NCBI GenBank assembly: GCA_965222615.1
Contig: CBDCUI010000008.1
Span: forward strand, 160,001-224,000
DNA from: Gammaproteobacteria bacterium
GTDB taxonomy: Bacteria; Pseudomonadota; Gammaproteobacteria; UBA4575
Direction: 5' to 3'
DNA length: 64,000 bases
A model generated the notes under the pieces. That model had not been told where the DNA came from and searched no databases. It was given only the letters and a program-made list of their open reading frames with translations. The translations under genes were made by a program, and so were the position numbers. This document shows, one piece after another, positions 8,236 to 17,200 of this stretch (position 1 is its first letter; every line of letters starts with the position of its first letter).

Positions 8236-11200
8236 CTATTGGCAGGCTTCACATTCTGGATCTAAGATCGAACAAGCCTTTGGTGCTTCGCTACCATTGC
8301 CGTTGCTCACGGCATTGAGTTTGCTTTCTCGACCTTGGATGGTACTTTTTTCTACATGTGTTGCGCCCATTGAGCGTAAGTAGTAAGTAGTTTTCAAACC
8401 ACGTACCCACGCCAACTTATACAAGTTATCCAATTTTTGGCCGGATGGCTCGGACATGTAGAGGTTGAGCGACTGTGCTTGATCAATCCACTTCTGACGC
8501 CGCGATGCGGCTTCTATTAACCAGCGTGGATCGATTTCAAACGCAGTGGCGTATAAATTTTTTAACTCTGCTGGAACACGATCGATGGATTGCACACTGC
8601 CATCAAAATATTTGAGGTCATTGGCCATGACTTCGTCCCAAAGATCACGTTCTTTCAAATCTTCAATCAAGTATGGATTGCTGACGGTGAATTCACCGGA
8701 TAAATTCGATTTCACATATAGGTTTTGATAGGTAGGTTCGATACTTTGAGTTACGCCGCAGATATTAGAAATGGTTGCAGTCGGTGCAATCGCCATGGTG
8801 TTGGAGTTGCGCATACCTACGGTTTTTACCCGTTGACGTAGGCTGTCCCAATCCATGCTGATGCTACGGTCTTGATTTAAATAACTGCCACGACCTTGTT
8901 CTAATAACTCGATGGAATCGATCGGCAATATGCCTTGTTCCCACAGTGAGCCTCTAAAGGTTGAATAAGTGCCGCGCTCTTCAGCTAAATCGGTGGAGGC
9001 CTTGATGGCGTAGTAACTAACTGCTTCCATGGAGCGATCGGCAAACTCTACGGCTTCTTCATTGCCATAAGGAATGTGCTGTTTATAGAGTGCATCTTGA
9101 AAACCCATCATGCCTAACCCCACTGGGCGATGGCGTAAGTTGGATTGACGTGCCTTGGATACACTGTAGTAGTTATATTCAATCACGTTGTCCAACATGC
9201 GCATGGCAGTGGTAATGGTTTCTTCAAGTTTTTTCAGGTTTAAACCGTTCTCGTCAATGTGTGCTGCGAGATTCACGGAACCTAAGTTACATACCGCAAT
9301 TTCATCATCATTGGTATTGAGGGTAATTTCCGTACACAGATTAGAAGAGTGCACTACCCCTGCATGTTGTTGCGGAGATCGTAAGTTGCAAGGATCTTTA
9401 AAGGTAATCCACGGATGGCCTGTTTCATATAACATGCCTAGCATCTTGCGCCATAGGTGCACGGCATTTACTTTTTTGCAGTTTTTAATTTCGCCACGCT
9501 CGGCCTTTTGTTCATACTCTAGGTAACGCGCTTCAAACTCTTTGCCACTTAGTTCGTGTAAGTCCGGCGTTTCATGCGGTGAGAATAATATCCAGTCTTG
9601 TTCTTCGCAGACACGTTTCATGAATAAATCCGGCACCCAATTGGCGGTGTTCATGTCGTGGGTACGACGACGATCGTCACCGGTGTTTTTGCGCAGCTCT
9701 AAAAATTCTTCAATGTCTAAATGCCAGGTTTCTAAATAGGCACACATGGCACCTTTACGCTTGCCGCCGTTGTGTGCAAGGGCAGCACTGGTCATGTAAC
9801 TCTCATCGCCCTCTACTTTAAGGTCATAAACAAAAAGCAGGGGTTTAATTTCACGGTGTGAACGAATGCGTGTAAAGATGTGACCTTTCCACTGCAACCA
9901 GTTTTGTTTTTTAATCGCTTTGCAGTTCACTAATGAGGCAATTTTCGCTACTGCAGGAATGCGCAGGTCAAAGGCCTTAACCGTTCCTTTGAATTGAATC
10001 TTTTCACCATCGGCACGTGTTGCACAGTGATCTTGCTGTCGTTCACGATATTGTCCTGCACTTGGAATGCCTAAGCGCAATAACTGGTAACGTAAGCCTT
10101 CAACTAATGCTTGTGAAGTATTGGTGAAGTAGATTTCTTTGCCGCGACTACTTGTCTTATTTTTATTGGCCCCATCAGTTTCTAATAAGCCTTTAATTAA
10201 TGAAAGCGTTTGTGTAGGAGGCAAATGCGCATAGCGTCTGGCAATACGTTTTTTGTTATTGGCGTTATACAAATCATCGCGAGAGAAAATAAAGCCGTTT
10301 TGGTCACCGCGTATAAAACGCCCGGTAGTGGCTTCACGTGCAACTCCAACATTTGCCGCCCAACCAAGTTGCATATAGTTTTTACGCTGATTCTTTTCCC
10401 AGAAATGAATTCCATGTTGCTTGAGGTAATTGCGTACAAACTCCAAGTATTCATCTTTATTTGGGTTCCCCGAAACACCCCATTCCAATCCATCTTTAGT
10501 GCAATGACCATCACCTAATAAAATGCCGTATAAGCGTGCATCGTCTTCGTCCATTCCCTCTACTGGAATCACTTCTTGCGGAATTACTTGTGCAACATAA
10601 TCGCCTTTGCTTAATTGCCCGGCTTCAATCCATTGCGCACGTGCTTTGCCTTTTTCTAGCCAGTTATAAGTGCGCTCGTTAGTTTGTTCCATGGGGATGC
10701 CTTGAATGGCCCACAGAGGATGGCCGGCCGTAACTTGCATGCTCGTTAAAGAATGTTTGGCGCACATCTCCACCATAGGGTCGGTTTGGTTGTAGGCCAT
10801 TTTGTCGATGACTTCGCGATATTGACCGCATTGGCCAAGTACTAAATCACCTGGCTCAATATCTTTAATGGATTTAGTTCCATCCGCGGTATACACCGTA
10901 GTGTCCGGTGCGAAACATTGATTCACGGCTACAGCAGTATCGTTGGCAACTTTAAGAAAAGGAACCACGCCTTGGGATTTGCCATTGGTGCCTTTGATGT
11001 GTGAACCCATGGCGCGTACGCGTGACCAATCGTTACCTAAGCCACCGGCAAACTTAGATAACATGGCATCGTCTTGAATGGCTTCAAAGATACCGTGTAA
11101 GTCATCCGGTACCGTAGTTAAATAACACGAAGATAACTGTGGGCGTAATGTGCCGGAGTTAAACAGGGTTGGGGTGGAACTCATGAAGTCAAAAGATGAC

Positions 11201-12273
11201 AACAAGTTGTAAAACTCGATGGTGCGTGCCTCGCGTTCTACTTCATTGGTGGCTAAACCCATGGCAACGCGCATGAAAAATGCTTGCGGTAATTCAAAGC
11301 GAGTGCCTTCACTATGAATAAAGTAACGATCATACAAAGTTTGCATGCCCAGATAGGTAAACTGGTGATCTCGTTCGGGCTTAATGGCCTTGCCTAATTT
11401 TTGTAAGTCGTACTCACTTGCCAGTTTTGTGTCCAATAACTCCAGCTCTGCGGCTTTGCGAATATAACGCTCAAAATAATCTGCGTATTGAAACGACATT
11501 TCTTTGAAAGTGGCTTCGCAAGGTACACCATGTACAAAACTCAGTGCTTCACGACGTAACGTATCGAGTAATAAGCGTGCAGTAACGTACGTGTAGTTAG
11601 GTTCTTGTTCAATCAAGGTACGTGCACTCATGGTAAGTGCAGTACCGACTTCGTTTTCAGGTATACCGTCGTATAAATTACGTAAGGTTTCGTCAATGAT
11701 AGGTTGCGCTGCTACGTGTTCGGTATCGACACAGGCTTCTTGCACCATGCGGGTTAAGCGCTCGGTGTCTAATGGTTTTTGTTTGCCTTGTGCATCCAAT
11801 ACATTGATGTCAGGAGAACCTTGTTGCAGTTCTTCTTCTTCGGTCTCTTGTTTGGCTTGTTGTGCACGCTCTTGTGAACGTTGCTCTCTGTATAGAACAT
11901 AGGCGCGGGCAATTTTGTGTTGGCCATAGCGCATTAAGGCCAACTCCACTTGATCTTGAATATCTTCTATATGAAAAGTGCCACCTTGAGGCCGGCTACG
12001 GGAGAGGGCATAAAAAACCTTATCGGTGATTTCATTCACCATCTCGTGAATACGGGATGAGGCCGCGGCATTACCCCCTTCTACCGCAAGGAATGCCTTA
12101 GTGACGGCGACCTTGATTTTGTCACGATCAAAGCTGGTGACTTTGCCATTACGGCGAATTACACGGTACTGCCCAGGCGCAGTAGCCGCTATTTCAAGGC
12201 TTGAAGGTTCAGTTTGTTCTTGGTCTGGACTGGGTCTTTTTTCGTCGGCAATAGTGGCAAGTTCTGGCTGCAT
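8236..12273 (-). CDS. nrdA: Class Ia ribonucleotide reductase alpha subunit, two ATP-cones, intein-containing
   Basis: ATP-cone VIRRNG, TPTLFNSG, QLSSC, SNLCTEI, APTATIS, KTTYYLRS and C-terminal CEACQ. Likely ATG at 12273 (ORF track starts at 12288). Confidence 0.96.
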   Translation of the reverse strand: MQPELATIADEKRPSPDQEQTEPSSLEIAATAPGQYRVIRRNGKVTSFDRDKIKVAVTKAFLAVEGGNAAASSRIHEMVNEITDKVFYALSRSRPQGGTFHIEDIQDQVELALMRYGQHKIARAYVLYREQRSQERAQQAKQETEEEELQQGSPDINVLDAQGKQKPLDTERLTRMVQEACVDTEHVAAQPIIDETLRNLYDGIPENEVGTALTMSARTLIEQEPNYTYVTARLLLDTLRREALSFVHGVPCEATFKEMSFQYADYFERYIRKAAELELLDTKLASEYDLQKLGKAIKPERDHQFTYLGMQTLYDRYFIHSEGTRFELPQAFFMRVAMGLATNEVEREARTIEFYNLLSSFDFMSSTPTLFNSGTLRPQLSSCYLTTVPDDLHGIFEAIQDDAMLSKFAGGLGNDWSRVRAMGSHIKGTNGKSQGVVPFLKVANDTAVAVNQCFAPDTTVYTADGTKSIKDIEPGDLVLGQCGQYREVIDKMAYNQTDPMVEMCAKHSLTSMQVTAGHPLWAIQGIPMEQTNERTYNWLEKGKARAQWIEAGQLSKGDYVAQVIPQEVIPVEGMDEDDARLYGILLGDGHCTKDGLEWGVSGNPNKDEYLEFVRNYLKQHGIHFWEKNQRKNYMQLGWAANVGVAREATTGRFIRGDQNGFIFSRDDLYNANNKKRIARRYAHLPPTQTLSLIKGLLETDGANKNKTSSRGKEIYFTNTSQALVEGLRYQLLRLGIPSAGQYRERQQDHCATRADGEKIQFKGTVKAFDLRIPAVAKIASLVNCKAIKKQNWLQWKGHIFTRIRSHREIKPLLFVYDLKVEGDESYMTSAALAHNGGKRKGAMCAYLETWHLDIEEFLELRKNTGDDRRRTHDMNTANWVPDLFMKRVCEEQDWILFSPHETPDLHELSGKEFEARYLEYEQKAERGEIKNCKKVNAVHLWRKMLGMLYETGHPWITFKDPCNLRSPQQHAGVVHSSNLCTEITLNTNDDEIAVCNLGSVNLAAHIDENGLNLKKLEETITTAMRMLDNVIEYNYYSVSKARQSNLRHRPVGLGMMGFQDALYKQHIPYGNEEAVEFADRSMEAVSYYAIKASTDLAEERGTYSTFRGSLWEQGILPIDSIELLEQGRGSYLNQDRSISMDWDSLRQRVKTVGMRNSNTMAIAPTATISNICGVTQSIEPTYQNLYVKSNLSGEFTVSNPYLIEDLKERDLWDEVMANDLKYFDGSVQSIDRVPAELKNLYATAFEIDPRWLIEAASRRQKWIDQAQSLNLYMSEPSGQKLDNLYKLAWVRGLKTTYYLRSMGATHVEKSTIQGRESKLNAVSNGNGSEAPKACSILDPECEACQ
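9769..10917 (-). mobile_element. Intein (383 aa) with LAGLIDADG homing endonuclease, inserted in NrdA between NQ and GGKRKG
   Basis: Starts CFAPDT (block A); TAGH (B), LYGILLGDG (C), LIKGLLETDG (E), VYDLKVEGDESY (F); ends AHN (G). Removing it restores AVNQGGKRKGA. Confidence 0.93.
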
Positions 12274-12390
12274 TCGGTCTCTCAGCAATATGTTCTAAGT
12301 TGTTGATTTTTATTCCATTTACCACATGTCCTCGTGAGTGTTTTTTATGTCCTCCGAGATCGGTCGAAGAGAGTGACTGTGGGATGCCAA

Positions 12391-12437
12391 ATACTATAAA
12401 TTGGGGTCTACAACTCGTCAAGCACAATATGTTGTGT
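12391..12437. promoter_or_regulatory. Tandem NrdR boxes
   Basis: ATACTATAAATTGGGG (12391) and GCACAATATGTTGTGT (12422) match acaCwAtATaTwGtgt, 31 bp apart, upstream of nrdA. Confidence 0.85.
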
Positions 12438-12465
12438 ATATTTATTCCAATTCCTTTGGACAAGC

Positions 12466-12474
12466 TGTGGATAA
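12466..12474 (-). promoter_or_regulatory. DnaA box upstream of nrdA
   Basis: Perfect TTATCCACA on the minus strand, with a weaker adjacent TTGTCCAAA (12455-12463). DnaA control of nrdAB is established in E. coli. Confidence 0.65.
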
Positions 12475-12690
12475 GACCGTTCAATTATTACAGCAAGATT
12501 AAAAACCCTGAGCGTTAGTGGGGTTACAAAATTGCAACCATTTTTTTTGCTTTCTACATTAAAATCTTTCGATTGAATCAATAGAAAAGTTTTATAAAAT
12601 TTTTTCAAATTTTAACCGTTTATCCTGAGCAAGCTTTCAAAAACGACCGTTTAAATTTTTTCGGTTGGGCAAGTTGCTAAAATAGATTGG

Positions 12691-13071
12691 ATGAATGACC
12701 CGAAAAATCCATCCCAGAAAATTTCTGAGCAGGAAATCAAATTGCATGCGGAGCTGGCCGATCATGGTGGCTGTGCCAATTCTGAGCCGTTTGCCCTACG
12801 TGTGATGGGCGATAGCATGGAGCCTGAATTTAAAGATGGTCATATCATTATTATCGATTCGGCGGCAGCAGTTGAAAGTGGCAGTTATGTGTTGGCAATG
12901 GTCAATGATGAATATATTTTTCGCCAGTACATCATTGAAGATGGGCATCATTTATTACGTGCACTTAATGATGGCTATGAAGAAATTGAAATAAATGGGA
13001 TAGAAGCTATTCGTGGCGTGATTGTGCAACGAGCAGGGACTAGACGTAAAGAACACAAACATTACGTCTAA
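12691..13071 (+). CDS. Stand-alone S24 (LexA/UmuD-type) peptidase-fold protein
   Basis: FALRVMGDSM.PEF.DG motif; no HTH; the general-base Lys position reads Arg (DEYIFRQY). Confidence 0.82.
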   Translation: MNDPKNPSQKISEQEIKLHAELADHGGCANSEPFALRVMGDSMEPEFKDGHIIIIDSAAAVESGSYVLAMVNDEYIFRQYIIEDGHHLLRALNDGYEEIEINGIEAIRGVIVQRAGTRRKEHKHYV

Positions 13072-13141
13072 CTTTTCTTATATTTTTTTATAGAATTTAG
13101 TGCTTTTAAGCTGGTGCCTTTAATCTTGGATTCACCTAATA

Positions 13142-13732
13142 ATGAAAAAAAGGGAAATCAGAGCCATATACGATAATCATACAATAACTGTATATCAGGC
13201 CTATGGAGCTGAGATTGCAAAGCCTGCAATTAAAAATCAAACTTTTATTTCTCCATTTAAAATGAATCGCATGACTTGGATTAAACCGTCTTTTCTATGG
13301 ATGATGTATCGAAGTGGATGGTCGCATAAAGAAGGCCAGGAACATGTCTTATCGATAAAAATAACTCGCGAAGGTTGGGAATGGGCATTGAATCATTCTT
13401 GTTTGTCTCACTTTAGAAAAAATCTATATGCATCCGAAGAAAAATGGGGAAATGAATTACGGAAACAACCAGTTCGAATACAATGGGATCCTGAAAAAGA
13501 TATTTATTTAAATAATCTTGAATATAAATCGATTCAAGTTGGTTTATCTGGCGCTGCTGTTGAAAAATACGTAAACGAGTGGATAGTTAATATTTCTGAT
13601 ATCTCACAAGACTGCAAAAAAATACACTCTTTATTATCGAGCAATAAAATTGAACAAGCAGAAAGCTTATTACCTCACGAGAAAATATATCCTATTTCAG
13701 GCACTATTAGGAATATTATTAATGCTTCTTAA
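13142..13732 (+). CDS. DUF4291 family protein
   Basis: IRA.Y...TITVYQAY, RMTWIKPSFLWMMYRSGW, QWDPE and SIQVGL motifs. Confidence 0.85.
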   Translation: MKKREIRAIYDNHTITVYQAYGAEIAKPAIKNQTFISPFKMNRMTWIKPSFLWMMYRSGWSHKEGQEHVLSIKITREGWEWALNHSCLSHFRKNLYASEEKWGNELRKQPVRIQWDPEKDIYLNNLEYKSIQVGLSGAAVEKYVNEWIVNISDISQDCKKIHSLLSSNKIEQAESLLPHEKIYPISGTIRNIINAS

Positions 13733-14247
13733 TCTGTTTCATCCAAAATTTCTAATTGATGTAGACAATGCTTTTTTATGATTTCGTTATCTGACGATGC
13801 AAGTGATTTAAGTTTTTCAATTGCATCGTCAGTTTTTATTGCTCCTAGAACATTGGCGCATTTTCGAATAAACGCATCTCCATCATCATACCAATAGTCA
13901 AGCGACATATGCATGGCTTTTACAACATGATCGATACAAGTTGGATTTTTAAACCACTGTAGCATTGTTGCAATATCTTCATGTTGTCTATGCCAATCAG
14001 CGGTAATTAATTCAGACAATGTTGGCACGTCATCAGCATTAAATGCTCTTGTTCCAGCAGGCAAATAGAAAATATATTCTAAATCCTCTCCTGACTTAGT
14101 AATTAAGGTATCTTTTAACAAGTTTGTTAGATAGTCATCATTATTTACTTCTTTAGAAGGATATTTAGAAAGAAACTCTTTTTTAGAAATAGTATTAGAT
14201 GCTAAATCTAAAATTAATTTTTTTTCTATATTAGTTAATCTTTTCAA
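13729..14247 (-). CDS. Putative Rhs immunity protein (HEAT-repeat-like)
   Basis: Start overlaps the Rhs stop by 4 nt; low GC; WH.QHEDIA and RKCA..LG.I.T..A..KL..L helical repeats. Confidence 0.75.
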   Translation of the reverse strand: MKRLTNIEKKLILDLASNTISKKEFLSKYPSKEVNNDDYLTNLLKDTLITKSGEDLEYIFYLPAGTRAFNADDVPTLSELITADWHRQHEDIATMLQWFKNPTCIDHVVKAMHMSLDYWYDDGDAFIRKCANVLGAIKTDDAIEKLKSLASSDNEIIKKHCLHQLEILDETD

Positions 14248-17200
14248 TTTTGAATTACTTCATGTGATTCGATATTTTTATTAAATATGTCAAGCGCCTT
14301 CCCTTTTCCTAAGCCAATATTAACTTGTTGCTGGTTATCAGATTTTCTCGTTTCAGTTTTAAAATACGCTTTATTTTCGTCAGCCCAGCCTTTAGTAACT
14401 TTAGGCAAATTTCCTTCTTGTTGTTTCACTAATTTAGATCCGTCAGACACACCAACAGATTTAAGTTGATCTTTTGTTCCGGCTTTAACATTAAACTTAA
14501 CTAGTACACCTCTAAATTTCTCTGAATAAGCTTGGGTGGGTGAAATGAAAGTTTCCGAAGTTGCCGGTATTTTACCAGTGCGAAGAAATTCCTCGTAATC
14601 TGCTCGACTCATAGCCCTATAAAACGTCTCTGCGCCTAACTTTGTTGTTTTGGCAGCTACGATACCACCTGCAGTCTTCTTAGCTTTAACTCTGGCAAGG
14701 ATTTGAGAAAGTTTACCCGCCTTCCCGAGTTTGGCGAGCCAACCCAAGCCAATAACGAGTGAGAGGCTATCATACGTACCTCGTCCAAATACCCTGGCAT
14801 ACTCGCAGTCATCGAGAAGTTCTACATAAGGTCCTTTGAGAGCTTCCCAAACCAACCAAGGGTCTTCTCTTAGTAGTTCTAAAAGTGCACGGAGATCATC
14901 AAGAGTTTGTTGACCTCTCCTATTGCTTGGTAACCACCAAGGGACGTCGTTCCCAAAAATTATGTCTGTAGCCTGACCTAAGATCGAGGTGTCAGCGGTG
15001 AGTACTGCTCCATCAAGAATGAGCTGACCCAAACCAATTATGTCTTCGCCTAAAGCTTTTCCGAATTCAAATGCAGCTTCACGAGAGTGTTCATTTACAA
15101 AGATAAGCCCCCCTGGAGTCAGGCTTAATACATAATCCCGTGCAGTTGGTTTTTTGGGAAAACCAAATGGCCCTGTTGTTGTATTAAATCCAACATCTCC
15201 TGCAACGGTTTGAAGTCCAAGTGGATCCATTCCACTTAGTGGATTTCCATCTACATACGCAAACGTATTCAGCCCGCCTTTGAGCCCAATCGGATCAGAA
15301 GTGAGGTAACGACCGGTTTGTGGATCGTAATCTCTTAAATAGTTGTAGTGTTGGCTACTTTCTTGATCGAAGTATTGGCCTGGAAAGCGTAGATTGAGGA
15401 CAAATGATCGGTGATATGTGGGTTGGGTAATTTCAGCCTCTCCAAAAGGAGAATAGCTGGCTTGCCAGATGATATTTTTATGTTTATCGGTGACACTTCG
15501 TGGCGTGCCCAAGTGATCGCTATGGATCGCATAGATCGTTTTCTTTTCCAGCTTGGCAATCGGCTGGTGTTCTTTGTAATAAATATATTGTGCAGTGATG
15601 CTTCCTTGTGCATTGGCTTCGGCAGTTAAGGTGTGTCCATCATATAAGTAGTAGGTAACCTGTTTTTGGTTTTGTGAATAAACAACTTTCTTGATGCGTT
15701 CCCCAAAGGTGTTGTAGGTATATTCAGCTTTCAGTTGGTTGTTTTCATAGTATTGAACAGGCCGTTGTTGGCTGTTGTAGACATAGCGTTTTTCATCTAG
15801 TTTTTGATTTGATGAAGTAACTGCTTCTGGACTGCCCGCTGGGTTGTATTGGTAGTGTTGTTCCGTGTTTTCACTTTCATTGGTTACTGTTGTGAGAGCA
15901 TTTCCTTGGCCTTCACTTCGATAGGTGTAGGTGGTCGTTTCATCATTCTTAATTTTCTGAATGCGGTTGCCGATTGCATCGTATTCATACCAGTATTCAT
16001 GATTTCGCACATGGGCGTAGGTGAGTTGGCCTAAGACGTTGTATTGATAACTGTCTTGATTGATGCCAGTGATGTTTCCGCGTTCGTCATAGGTGTAGTT
16101 AAAGCTCGGTACCTGGGTATTTTCGATGGCCAGCAGTTTGCCATCTAGAGCATAGGTATAGTCAGTGACGATACCATTGCCATGCACAACATGTTTGTGA
16201 GTGGGTGTGTCACTGCTATTGAGTTCGCCGATGATAGTGGTTCGGCCAATCAGATTTCCTCGGGTGATGGCGCGGAGTTTGTTTTTGTTCTCTCCCTTCT
16301 GATGATAGTGATAGCGCAGGGTTTGGCCATCCGGTAAGTATTTTTTGATCAGTTGTTGGCGTTCGTTGTAGGCGTATTTTGTGATGAAACTGTGGTCATC
16401 GATTTCTCTTGTGTGGGCAATCAAATTACCTGCTTCGTTATAGGCAAAGGTTTCGGTGGTGGCATTGGTTTTGATTACTGCGAGACGTCCACTGTTAGAG
16501 TCATAGCTTAGTGTGGTCTTATGTATGTTAGGGCCTTCTTCGGTTTGTCGCTGTACTAGTCGATTGGCGGCATCGTAGTGGTTCTTGGTTAGGTTGCCGG
16601 CAGCATCGGTTTTTTGGATGAGATTGCCGGCTGCATCGTATTGGTAGTTGGTGGTACCGGTATCAGCACTGGTTTGTTGCACGACATTGCCGAAGTCGTC
16701 TTGTAGGTATTCCGTTTTATTGTTTCTTGCATCGGTGAGTCCAGTGAGCTGTTGGGATTGTTGGTTGTAGTGGTAGCGCGTCGTTACATTCCCGGGTTGG
16801 GTCACGGCCAGCAGTTGACCAAAGGGGCCATAGTCGAGTTGGGTTTGGTTCTGGTTGCGATCAGTTATGCTGGTGATGCGGTCGTTGTCGTCATAGCCGT
16901 ATTCGGCGAGTTGATTTCCTTGTTGATCTTGGATGCTTTGTAATCGGTTTTGCGCATCATAGAGATAAGAAAGGGTTTGCCATTGTTGGCCCTGAGTGCT
17001 CAGCGTTCGGTGGATGTGTTTACCTTCGGTGTCGAGTTCCAGATTGAGTTGTCGTCCCTCACCATCGGTGAGTTGCTGGGCACGTCCGGCTGCATCATAG
17101 GTTACTTCTATTTTTTTGCCATCTGACGTTTCAATTTGAGTAAGACTGCCGGTGGCATCATAACGGTAGTCCACACTATTTAGGCCTTGTCGAATATGTT

